Assembly: GCA_965644315.1 (NCBI GenBank)
Contig: CBFFRQ010000159.1
Span: 1-30,088 of the forward strand
Reading direction: 5' to 3'
DNA length: 30,088 bases
DNA from: Caecitellus pseudoparvulus
Taxonomy: Eukaryota > Protista > Bigyra: Bicosoecida
Part shown: in pieces, positions 7,910-17,273 of the stretch
Layout: each line of letters starts with the position of its first letter
Position numbering within the stretch: position 1 is the first letter of the stretch
Position numbers and translations under genes: made by a program
The notes under the pieces: generated by a model
Told to the model about the DNA's origin: nothing
The model's input: the letters and a program-made list of their open reading frames with translations, nothing else
The model's database searches: none

Positions 7910-8218
7910 ATGAAAATTGTCAATGCGAGATATTGTACTTTAAATGGAAAGCTATTAACTTGTCCTAGGCAGAATACATCTATTAGATTTGAAGATAAAG
8001 AATTAATTTTAACATTTACAACTCCCTTATTTATAACAAATGTTCATGCTTATGATTTTAAGAGCTGTATTGAGGTAGATTCAGCAAGCTATAACGTAAT
8101 ATTGAGTTTTCCAGATATTGGAGTATCACTTGTTTATAAATTTACTAAATCAGGATTTGAAAAAATAAATAATGCAATTAATGAGAGATTAAAACTCATT
8201 GGTGAACTAAAGGAATAA
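7910..8218 (+). CDS. Viral hypothetical protein (102 aa)
   Basis: Clean ORF with promoter motif; weak similarity to the 565-903 protein. Confidence 0.7.
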   Translation: MKIVNARYCTLNGKLLTCPRQNTSIRFEDKELILTFTTPLFITNVHAYDFKSCIEVDSASYNVILSFPDIGVSLVYKFTKSGFEKINNAINERLKLIGELKE

Positions 8219-8274
8219 TTTAATTATCATTTAATAAATCAAAGTATAATTTTTATATTTTGTTTTAAATACTA

Positions 8275-8432
8275 TTATTTCATTTTATTTTGATCATCCA
8301 AGACATCAATAACTATTTTTAATCCAAAAGTTTGAATAAGATCATTTGTATTTTTTTCAATAATCTTTTTCTTTCTTTCTTTAATAATTTTTTGCAAAAT
8401 AGAATACCAAATACCTTTATGTTTTCTTCTTT
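8275..8432 (-). pseudogene. 3' remnant of a viral gene truncated by the transposon
   Basis: Minus-strand frame RRKHKGIWYSILQKIIKERKKKIIEKNTNDLIQTFGLKIVIDVLDDQNKMK* (stop 8277-8275) is open up to the TIR and has no upstream viral start. Confidence 0.55.
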
Positions 8433-8461
8433 GTGGTGCGTCACGGATTGGTGGATCAGGG
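8433..8461 (+). repeat. Left TIR of transposon
   Basis: GTGGTGCGTCACGGATTGGTGGATCAGGG; 27/29 match to the reverse complement of 12947-12975. Confidence 0.9.
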
Positions 8462-9167
8462 TTGGTTTGAACTCCAGGGGCCCCTGTGATTTGTCACCAG
8501 CGGAGTCGATTTCCACAGTGAGGAGGTGTTGTGCAATATGAATTTACCAGCGCCTCCCATCCACTCATGTATGCCTTGTTGGGTGTTCTTTTTTTCGTGC
8601 AACTGAGGGTGCGGCAGTACGCGGGTGTTTGTAGCCGTTTGTGCTCGTGTCTCGATCGGCAGCCCTGCCCCAGCGCAACGTAGGCCCGCTCGTTCGCCTA
8701 AAACGGATACTCATCTGTTTCTCCGCTTTGCACTGAATTGCCACTCAGTGCCTTGGTCTTGGTACTTTCCTCAGCAAGTCTCGAGCACAGTTTGAATGGT
8801 GAGCATAACGGCAAGATTTTGAGCGTTGCTCACAGGTCAAGGTCTCCCCTACCGTGAAAGCAGGCGGGACTTCAAGCCCAAGGGAGGCTAGATCGGCGTG
8901 CGAAGTCACAAAGGGGGACTGCATTGAGTCCACCGGAGCACACCATTCTTGCAGCTGTGAGGGTTTGAAACGGTGTGCGGAAATCGCTACGCATACCGTC
9001 ACACTTCCCCCTCCTTTGCCAAATAGGCGATTCTCTACAACACAAAGGACGCCCCGGTGACGGGGGGCATGTTGGGCACAACTCCTGGCTCACTTTCCTT
9101 CTCTTGTCTGTCTCGGGAGCGCCCCTTTGACCCGAGTGGTGCAAACAACCTACAAAGTCCAGCTACC

Positions 9168-10490
9168 ATGCTCTCTGAATTGGGCATCCCCGTGGATGGA
9201 CACATCCTGGGCGACGCAATCCTGCGCCTTTCGAACAGAAATGCCCCCGTCTTTGTATTGGACCCCGCTCTCATCCCCGAATTCTCCTTCCAGAAGCTGG
9301 ACAGTCATGGACTGTGCTCCCGGCCGAAGTGCAAGGCACATGCATCAGCCGTGTTTCATGCTACCCACTGCATGTTTTACCATGCAACAAGGAAGAACCT
9401 GAACAAGGCACACGCTGAGTTCCAAGACGTGTTCACTGAGCTGTGGGACAAGGCATGTGCCATGCGAGGCCTACCGAGCACCAGCCGGACTGTTTACCCA
9501 ACCGTCGCGGACATGGTGCAGACCATGTTCCGTGTTTACGAGGACATCGTACCTATTTCCTTTCATGCTCTCATTGACATGTGGTTGGTCCGCAGACTCT
9601 TGGACCTCCACAACGCCCCTCGTGCGAGCCTGGCAACCTTCACGCAGGTCCAGAGCCACGCTGTTGGCTTGCCGATGCAAACACTCCACACCCAGCAGGG
9701 TTCACTGGGGCCACCCGGAATCCAAGGGTCAGCTGTAAGTCAAGAATCGCAAGGAAGTGCCAGCAACGTTCCTACTGTCCCCTCCCTCGGGATATCTCTG
9801 GGGCAAGCACCCGCCCCCCAACCCACGCCGCCCACCGGAGGGCTGGGTCCAGTTGAGGGCAGCGGAGAGAGCTCCTTGGATTCGTCTTTTGCGAGTAGCA
9901 CCCAAAGCCACAGCGCGTTGCTCGAGAATCCTCATCTGCCTCATGACTCGCACGATCTGGCCGGACAGTCACAGCCTGGGGAAGAGCCCGTGGAGCCCGA
10001 TGCGCAACGTGCTGCCCGAGCAGAAGCTGCGCGTCAATCGGCGCTGGTGGGGATGGGCATTTCTTCGGCAGTAAATGCTTTTGCTCGTGATGCGATTGCC
10101 CTTCTTGCACCATTCGAGAAAATGGCAGAGATGCTCGTGCTGCTCGTGGACAAAGTGGACCAGGGCCGGGCAGATCAGAGGAGAGCTGTGGAGCTCCTCA
10201 GTGTCATAGCTTCTTCACAAACTGGGCACATTCCCGCTGACACTGCAAGTGCTTCGAGGTCACCATCTTCTTCTCGTGCCCCACCGAGCTCTTCTGGTGC
10301 GATGCGGCAAGAAGGATTAGGTGGTCCCGCCCCAACTCCTTCACCCGAGGCTTCGGACCGCCCCACCATTGGCGGTCACAAGAGAACTCGCCCAAACTTC
10401 ACTGACAACGTGCCAAGCACAGGAGATGCATTTCTCCAAGACGTAGCGAGATACAACAGACGCCGCCGAGGGCACTCTGACTCCCCGTGA
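9168..10490 (+). CDS. Transposon partner ORF (position of the Harbinger ORF1 DNA-binding protein); alternative ATG 9069
   Basis: Long intronless ORF within the TIRs: helical His/Cys-containing N-terminal domain, S/P/G-rich linker, coiled-coil-like segment, basic C-terminus (KRTR, RRRR). ATG 9168 has an ACCATG context. Confidence 0.7.
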   Translation: MLSELGIPVDGHILGDAILRLSNRNAPVFVLDPALIPEFSFQKLDSHGLCSRPKCKAHASAVFHATHCMFYHATRKNLNKAHAEFQDVFTELWDKACAMRGLPSTSRTVYPTVADMVQTMFRVYEDIVPISFHALIDMWLVRRLLDLHNAPRASLATFTQVQSHAVGLPMQTLHTQQGSLGPPGIQGSAVSQESQGSASNVPTVPSLGISLGQAPAPQPTPPTGGLGPVEGSGESSLDSSFASSTQSHSALLENPHLPHDSHDLAGQSQPGEEPVEPDAQRAARAEAARQSALVGMGISSAVNAFARDAIALLAPFEKMAEMLVLLVDKVDQGRADQRRAVELLSVIASSQTGHIPADTASASRSPSSSRAPPSSSGAMRQEGLGGPAPTPSPEASDRPTIGGHKRTRPNFTDNVPSTGDAFLQDVARYNRRRRGHSDSP

Positions 10491-10495
10491 TTGTT

Positions 10496-12640
10496 TCACT
10501 CGTTCACGTAGCCGTAGTTGTAGGACTGACAATCCATCATGTACGCGACAAGCTGACTCCCGTCAAAGTCCTCCTTGAAGTGCTCTGGTGGGAGCCACGT
10601 GTAGTCTTTCTTTGCCACGTCGCGGGTCTCTGCTTCAAGGAGGGATGTGAGCAAGTGCCCTCCGGTCTGCCCATCAGGGAGGGTCTCGAGGAGTTCATCT
10701 CCGTACTTGTCATAGTACCACACATCATACGCCTCTTCTGACTCCTCAAAAGTGGCGGTGTCTCGAGTGGGTTCAATAAGAGCGTAGACGATCCCACGAG
10801 GGTAGGACAGCTCAGGATCATGATTGTACTTGCCGACTACAACTGGCTTGCCGGCAAGAGCAGCCTTGTCTGCTGCAGCACCCCACAGCTTTTCAAGATC
10901 CATGACTTCCTGTGGGCGTACCTTGTCGTCGTCAGTCTTGGCGGGGCGGCAGTATCCAGGTGGAGAGTGTGGCGATGCCATGATGCCAGGAGAGGAGGCC
11001 CCCCCAGGGGATGCGACACCAGAGCGTGGCGAGACAGCTACCTGCCTGCGCTGCTTTTTCAGCCTGCCAAGTTCTGTGAGACCACCGCACAAAATGCCAC
11101 TTACAAGAGGAGACAAGTTCCCTTGTTCCGACCAGGCGAGCACTTGCTGCAGCTGAGTAGCAGCCTCAATATCGCTTCGTTCCAGTGAAGGCCTCCCGGC
11201 CGTACCCAACTCGGCCCCGCGAAGCAGCCGTAAGACGTCATGAAGAAAAGATACGCTCCTTCGTTTCGCGATGCCGCTCGGAAGGCTTGCGTCAAGTTCA
11301 CTGTCACGGCGATTAGAAGCAGGACAATCTCCAGCCAAGGATGCAAACAGCTCAAACAGGACGAGTGCTGGCTGACGCGAACCGCGGATGTGGAGCCACT
11401 GCTCTGACCGAGGAACCCGGTGCCCCTCTGCTTGTTGGAAAGCGAGCATCCCAGCAGTAATGTACCCCATGTCTCTGATCTCTTTTTCCTTGGTTTGCGC
11501 TTGCAATGGTCTGACACTGGACGATCGGACGAGACCACACACCGTCTTGAACTCCTTCACACAGTTCTCGACAACCTGGCGACCTGACACGAAGATCTCA
11601 CGCTGCACAGTTTTGTGTGCCAGGGCGGAAGCCGTTGCTCTTGCCAAGTCCCGTGGAGAATGCAGAGAGCCAGGGGCTGGCGAGGAGACCCACAGAGACT
11701 GAACTCGGGCCGCCATCTTCTCCAACGCCTTGTTGCCCGGAAGGTGCCGCACAGCAGGCCTGACTCCCTGGAATACACCGTCACCGACAAAGTACTCGCC
11801 TTGCTTGATGGCGCCTGAGCGCAGCATGCGCTCGGTTGCTCGTCGCGCGGCTGCAATCTCAGACACTGTGTTGCCCTTGCACATGGGTTCGATCCATATA
11901 ACCCTCCCCGAAACACTGCAGAACAACAGAAAGTTGTACCCGTACATCGAGTGGTGGTTGCTGTACCAGATGCGGTTCTCTTTGTCTGAAGAAGTTGCTT
12001 TCGTCTCCCATGTCAGGCCGTCTACGAACCCTACCAGCCCTGGAGCCAGTCCACCATGGAAGGAAAGCGCCTCTCTGCGGTGCTCTGGAAGCACTGCCCA
12101 GGGCAGCGCTTTGTAAAAGAAGGTCTTCAGCACTGGAATCAACCGAGGAATGCTGTCTTGGAGAGTAGTAGCGGCAATGCTCAGCCTAGACGTGATCTCT
12201 TGGCGGTTGCGCCCGGCACACACCATCATCACCCCGAGCAAGAGGTCGGCTTCACGCCCATTCTGGATGTCCCTGAGGGCGTTCCACCTCAAGAAGCTGT
12301 CCGATATCAAGCCAGAGAGGGCTTTGGCTAAATTTCTTGCTCTCATGCGCATGAAGGTGAGGCACTCGCCCGATGTGAGGAATTCGTAGGTGGGTGTCCC
12401 CTTGCGGATTTTGGGGTGCAGCCTGGCCCCCTCCATCGAGTCGTTGCGGTCGATGTTGCGACGTTTCGTGCCCCGCAGCTTTTGTGTTTTATGGTATACC
12501 CTTTTGATCAACTTGTGACCGACATGTTGAATCACGCAACATGCAGAATGTGGCGCAGAGGCCCGTCGCTCAACGGATGCTGCCGTTGTCGGGGTGACAG
12601 AAACGCTCGGCTGCACCAAGCGTGATTGGGTGGACTCCAT
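10496..12640 (-). CDS. DDE transposase (DDE_Tnp_4 / Harbinger-ISL2EU-like), 714 aa from first ATG
   Basis: GFVDGL, WYSNHH..YGYNFL..CSVSGRVIWI..KGNTVSE, YFVGDGVF, R.VVEN..KEFK motifs; upstream HTH-like segment QEITSRLSIAATT. Confidence 0.85.
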   Translation of the reverse strand: MESTQSRLVQPSVSVTPTTAASVERRASAPHSACCVIQHVGHKLIKRVYHKTQKLRGTKRRNIDRNDSMEGARLHPKIRKGTPTYEFLTSGECLTFMRMRARNLAKALSGLISDSFLRWNALRDIQNGREADLLLGVMMVCAGRNRQEITSRLSIAATTLQDSIPRLIPVLKTFFYKALPWAVLPEHRREALSFHGGLAPGLVGFVDGLTWETKATSSDKENRIWYSNHHSMYGYNFLLFCSVSGRVIWIEPMCKGNTVSEIAAARRATERMLRSGAIKQGEYFVGDGVFQGVRPAVRHLPGNKALEKMAARVQSLWVSSPAPGSLHSPRDLARATASALAHKTVQREIFVSGRQVVENCVKEFKTVCGLVRSSSVRPLQAQTKEKEIRDMGYITAGMLAFQQAEGHRVPRSEQWLHIRGSRQPALVLFELFASLAGDCPASNRRDSELDASLPSGIAKRRSVSFLHDVLRLLRGAELGTAGRPSLERSDIEAATQLQQVLAWSEQGNLSPLVSGILCGGLTELGRLKKQRRQVAVSPRSGVASPGGASSPGIMASPHSPPGYCRPAKTDDDKVRPQEVMDLEKLWGAAADKAALAGKPVVVGKYNHDPELSYPRGIVYALIEPTRDTATFEESEEAYDVWYYDKYGDELLETLPDGQTGGHLLTSLLEAETRDVAKKDYTWLPPEHFKEDFDGSQLVAYMMDCQSYNYGYVNE

Positions 12641-12946
12641 TGCCTCGAAAATGCCACAACACCCGAATAATTGTACCAATGCTTGATTTCCAGAGTCCTA
12701 ATCGCCGCTCTTGCAGTGCTGACTCTCTCAGGGTTGATTTCCTGTCTCGACAGCGTGCGACCCCTTTCTCACTAACGCCTGGGGCAAAAAATCAAGGTTC
12801 GGCTCGTTGATCTCGCCAAAATGGCTAAAACAGTTCCTCAGGCATGGTACATTCTCTTTTTCCCGACAGTCAACTAGCGCAAACATAGAAAGATTCTAAG
12901 TCGATGTGTTGATCTCACAGGATTGACACAAGCCGTTGGTATCTCG

Positions 12947-12975
12947 CCTTGATCCACCAATCCGTGACGCACCCC
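12947..12975 (-). repeat. Right TIR of transposon
   Basis: CCTTGATCCACCAATCCGTGACGCACCCC, followed by host ATGCT. Confidence 0.9.
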
Positions 12976-13360
12976 ATGCTGCCTGCCATGACGACTGCTT
13001 CGCCAGATGCGACACAAGCTGAGTCGCCAAGGAGGAACAACTGACAAAGCGTGGGGAGTGGTAGAGTGCCTGAATGCATGTGGCAGTCGTTGGCCGTGGG
13101 AAAGTGTGCGGACGACGCGTCGCCGCGGAGCCAGGCAGGCCGGACGTGAGCGCCAACCCGCCGAAGCCACGAATCAAGCCACTGGCGCCTCGCGGTGCAA
13201 GGCGGGGAAGGGGGGGCAAACATCCCCTCGCAACAAGGCAGGCCCCGCCAGGGCCTTCACAAGCTACTTTTCACTCCTCTGACCCCCTCCCTCACGCCTT
13301 CGCACCTTCGCGTCAAGCCCTTCGGCGTTGTCCCCGCGCTCTCTCCGCGAATTCCGCACC

Positions 13361-15029
13361 ATGGCTGCTGAGGCGTCCGCTGCTGCCGGTGGCTTCACCA
13401 AGATCAAGGTGGAGAACCCCGTCGTGGACATTCTCGGTGATGAGATGACCCGCATCATCTGGGATGTACGTTCCGCCCCTCCGCCGCTGCTCCTTGCCCC
13501 CGTGCAGTGTCAGCCAGCCAGCCGCAGCGGGAAGGCTGGTCACGCCCACCCGGCGCGGCAGCTTCACCCCACAGCGCGCTGCACTGCCGGCCGCCAGGTC
13601 CTGTGTTGTGTTGTGGGGTGTCTGTTGCGCTGCGCGCTGGCGCTGCCCTGCGCGGCCACGTGAGGCGACACGCGCACTTGCCTGGTGCACGTGGTGTTGA
13701 TGCCGCCCCGCCTGCGCAGCTGATCAAGGAGAAGCTCATCTTCCCCTACCTGGACCTGGACCTGAAGGTCTTCGACTGGTCCATGGAGAACCGAGATGCC
13801 ACGGACGACCAGGTGACTCACGACGCTGCCGCCGCCATCGCCAAGTACAACGTTGGCATCAAGTGCGCCACCATCACGCCTGACGAGGCGCGTGTGGAGG
13901 AGTTCGGGCTGAAGAAGATGTGGAAGAGCCCCAACGGCACCCTGCGCAACATCCTGGGCGGCACTGTCTTCCGTGAGCCCATCGTCATTGACAACGTGCC
14001 CCGCCTGGTGCCAGGCTGGAAGAAGAGCATTGTCATTGGCCGCCACGCCTTCGGCGACCAGTACAAGGTGCGACGGCGCGTGCGACCAGCGCACACCACA
14101 CGCCAGGCATGTATTCACCCCCCTCCCTTGTCCCCTGCGCAGGCCACGGACTCCGTCGTGAAGGGCGCTGGCAAGCTGCAGCTGGTGTTCAAGCCTGCTG
14201 ACGGCAGTGAGCCCATCGTGCAAGATGTGTACGACTTCACTGGGGAGGGCGGCGTGTCCATGGCCATGTACAACACCGACGAGAGCATCCGTGGCTTCGC
14301 TGACTCTTGCCTCGCCTACGCCCTGGCTCGGTGAGTGTAGGCAGAGGCGGTGGCGGGCCAGGCGGCGCCTCACCCGCACCCTCCCGCTTGCTGCGCAGCA
14401 AGATGCCCCTGTACCTGTCCACCAAGAACACCATCCTGAAGGCGTACGACGGCCGCTTCAAGGACATCTTCGCAGAGGTGTACGAGGCGAAGTACAAGGC
14501 TGAGTACGAGGCAGCCGGCATCTGGTACGAGCACCGGCTCATCGACGACATGGTGGCGTACGCCCTCAAGAGCGAGGGGGGCTTCGTGTGGGCCGCCAAG
14601 AACTACGACGGCGACGTGCAGAGCGACACCCTGGCGCAGGGCTTCGGCTCCCTGGGCCTCATGACCTCTGTCCTCATGTGCCCCGACGGCAAGACGGTGG
14701 AGGCGGAGGCCGCCCACGGCACCGTCACGCGCCACTACCGCGTGCACCAGAAGGGCGGCGAGACCAGCACCAACTCCATCGCCAGCATCTACGCCTGGAC
14801 GCGGGGTCTGGCCCACCGCGCCAAGCTGGACGGCAACGCCGCGCTGGCCGACTTCAGCGCCTCCCTTGAGGCGGCCGTCATCGCCACTGTGGAGAGCGGC
14901 AAGATGACCAAGGACCTCGCCATCTGCGTGCACGGCAAGGAGGAAGGCGTCAAGCGCGAGAACTGGCTGAACACCTTCGAGTTCCTGGACGCTGTCGCAG
15001 AGAACTTGGAGAAGGCGCTCAAGGCGTGA
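13361..15029 (+). CDS. IDH: NADP-dependent isocitrate dehydrogenase (423 aa; exons 13361-13465, 13720-14067, 14143-14330, 14399-15029)
   Basis: [62 protein letters not shown]; three phase-consistent GT-AG introns. Confidence 0.97.
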
Positions 15030-15647
15030 GGCGGCACGCCCCCTCCCTGCGGCCCACACACACCGTCGGCCGCCGCGAAATGCAGAGGCTTGTCCCACTC
15101 CCGCCTGTGCGCCCCAGACTCACTCGGGCGTCAAGAAAGTGCTGTGCTGTGAGCTGTCGCGCAGCTGAGCAGGTGCAGAGCTGTGGCAGCCTGCACAGTG
15201 CAGCGAGCAACGCCTGACTTGGGGGGGGTTGCTGGTGAGGTTGGTCAGCACGCTAAGCTGCAGGAGGTGGTACCCCGCAGTTGGGCTGGCGTGAAACTAA
15301 GCACGCCAATGGCACGTGCACTGGAGGTCACACACTCTGCGCCCCCGCCCCGTGCATCCCTGGCGCGCCTGCCCTCTCAACAAGTTCGCGCACCAAACAC
15401 ATTCCCACCAGCGGATAATCTCTGCATTTCTGACAATCTGGCTTCCAAAGTACCCTTGCGTGGTACTGGCAGGTGCAGGTGAAGAGACGAAGCCAGCCCA
15501 GGAGTGCGACGCAGTCTGCTCTGCGCACGCCGCTGTAGCTGAGGACAGGTCAAGGCCGCACATAGGTGCTGTTCTGCAGGCTTAAGATTGAAGCTGCATA
15601 GCCTGTCGTTTGGTCTGTGTGTCGATTGACGCTCTGCCCCAAGTGCC

Positions 15648-17114
15648 ATGTCTCAGCCGAGTTTGGGGGGCGCGTCAAGTGCCGCCACCTTCACGGACTT
15701 GGGCGCTGGCGTACACATGCGGGGCGTGCTGATGGTGAACCGGCCCATGCATGGAGCTGCTTGTGAGTGTCCTGTGTGCTGGCTGTTGGCGTGCGCGTTT
15801 GGAAGGCTCCCAGCGCCGGGACAGGCGGCTTGTGCCAGGCGACGTTTCCCGTCGCTGCGACACACGCCACGCTCTGCATGGGCCCCAACTGCTGCATTGC
15901 ACGGCCCTGCCCCCGCGCCCCATGCAGCCAAGGTAGCCTCTGCGGGTGGAAAACCGAAGAAGCAAGGCCAGCCGGGCTCCACACCCTTCATGAACGGAGC
16001 CGGGCTGCCTCGGGAAGTGGTGCACCCCAACGGAAGGGACCCGAAGCACGAGAAACGCATGACGCTGCTGCGCCTGCAGCGCAAGCGCAAAACCACCATC
16101 ACAGACAAGCACAAGCAGTTCCTGGCCGAGCTGCAGGCTGAGCGCAGCCGCCTGCTGGGGGAGCGTGCGCGCATGGAGGAGAAACGCGCGAAACGCAGCG
16201 CCAAGTTTGCTGCCCGGCAAGCAGAGTTTAGGAGGGCTGTCACGGAGGGTGAATTCGAAGGAGAAGGGGGGCAGGAGACCGATAGTCCAGTGGGTGCAGC
16301 CAAGTCGGCAGCAGCTGCGCCAGCCTCGTTGGAGGGCAAGGGGGGTGCTCGCAAAAGCTCCCGGGGCGCCAAGCCGGCGTGGGCGCTGAGCGCAGCCGAG
16401 GCAGAAGCCAAGGAGGACGAGGAGGCGGAAGACCTCATGGCATTCGTGGACGGGTTGGACCTGGACAGCTTCATGGAGGAGGCAGACGAGAAGTCTGCCG
16501 CGGCTGGCGTGGACGCGCGGCTGTCTGAGCTGGAGTCAGAGGTGAAGTCTGCGTCAGCTGCACTGCACCAGGCGGAAGCGTTGTGGGAAGAGGATGAGGT
16601 GGATGTGCCGGAGCATGCAGAGGCAGGTCCGGGATGGGAGTGGGTGGGAGAGGCGGAGGTCATTTCGGAGGGGGATGCCCCGCCAGGGGGCGAGGGGGGT
16701 GAGGGCAAGGAGGAGGGGGGGGTGCGCATGGTGCGGCGTGTGCGGCGGCGCCTGCGACGAACAGACGCCGAGCGCGCCGAGCGGCAGCGCCTGCAGGCTG
16801 GGCTGGCAGAAGCGCCACCTGCGGGAGGTGGGGAGGTGGCAGAGAGTGTCATGTCCCACGCTAGCATCCGCTCCGTGCACAGCAAGCAGTCTGTGCAGCA
16901 CTTGATTCAGCGCGAGAAGGCGGAGAGGGCTGCCGCCAACGCGGGCATGCCCGTGGTGGCAGAGGAGGCTGCGGGAGGAGTCTTCTCTAGGTCCAGGCAA
17001 GCTGCTGCGGGGCCGCGCATCGCCCACGTGCTGGAAACTGCGGACACGCGGCCTGCTAAAAAGGAGGTGGACGTCAACACTCTCCCGTATCGACACCTGC
17101 ACCCCGCTGTGTGA
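15648..17114 (+). CDS. Host hypothetical coiled-coil/acidic protein (probable intron 15763-15927)
   Basis: Long ORF with host codon bias; phase-1 GTGAGT...CATGCAG intron removes an atypical Cys/Pro stretch; KPAWA and C-terminal LPYRHLHPAV motifs. Confidence 0.75.
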   Translation: MSQPSLGGASSAATFTDLGAGVHMRGVLMVNRPMHGAACECPVCWLLACAFGRLPAPGQAACARRRFPSLRHTPRSAWAPTAALHGPAPAPHAAKVASAGGKPKKQGQPGSTPFMNGAGLPREVVHPNGRDPKHEKRMTLLRLQRKRKTTITDKHKQFLAELQAERSRLLGERARMEEKRAKRSAKFAARQAEFRRAVTEGEFEGEGGQETDSPVGAAKSAAAAPASLEGKGGARKSSRGAKPAWALSAAEAEAKEDEEAEDLMAFVDGLDLDSFMEEADEKSAAAGVDARLSELESEVKSASAALHQAEALWEEDEVDVPEHAEAGPGWEWVGEAEVISEGDAPPGGEGGEGKEEGGVRMVRRVRRRLRRTDAERAERQRLQAGLAEAPPAGGGEVAESVMSHASIRSVHSKQSVQHLIQREKAERAAANAGMPVVAEEAAGGVFSRSRQAAAGPRIAHVLETADTRPAKKEVDVNTLPYRHLHPAV

Positions 17115-17273
17115 GGGTGCGCAATGCATTGTTGCTTGGAGTTCAAAACGGGTGAAATCATGCCTTACTGGGATGTCTTGCAGCCGGTTGCTTGGCCTGC
17201 TCACGCACGGAACGGTCCGTAAAGCTTGCGCTGGGTTTGTGCTGTGGTGTTTCGCTGCCGTTTCGTATCACGC

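Larger units (their letters stand above)
1..8432. mobile_element. Endogenous mavirus-like virophage (EMALE/Polinton-like virus) fragment, replication-integration module; right side truncated
   Basis: Sharply AT-rich, intronless block within a GC-rich intron-containing genome. Encodes SF3 helicase + pPolB + rve integrase-chromodomain + GIY-YIG, the combination known from mavirus and Cafeteria EMALEs. Left end may extend beyond the window; no morphogenesis genes are seen. Confidence 0.85.
8433..12975. mobile_element. PIF/Harbinger-ISL2EU group DDE DNA transposon (about 4.5 kb, two convergent ORFs, TIRs)
   Basis: Perfect 24-bp inverted repeat GGTGCGTCACGGATTGGTGGATCA at 8435-8458 and 12950-12973, DDE_Tnp_4-type transposase plus partner ORF, and an abrupt composition change at the left TIR. 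Confidence 0.88.

Noticed and set aside
1-8432. Bacterial prophage or plasmid contamination
   Set aside because: Chromodomain rve integrase, pPolB and the lack of consistent Shine-Dalgarno sequences indicate a eukaryotic virus.
8319-8541. ORFs 8319-8516 (-) and 8332-8541 (+)
   Set aside because: Chimeric frames crossing the virus/transposon junction.
8433-12975. Ngaro/DIRS retrotransposon, the usual EMALE passenger
   Set aside because: No reverse transcriptase, RNase H or tyrosine-recombinase motifs and no split direct repeats; it has short TIRs and a DDE transposase.
13564-15098. Long minus-strand ORFs (271 and 242 aa) opposite IDH
   Set aside because: Antisense shadows caused by strong GC3 codon bias.
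15030-15647. Possible small gene between IDH and the 15648 gene
   Set aside because: No consistent exon chain or recognisable protein.
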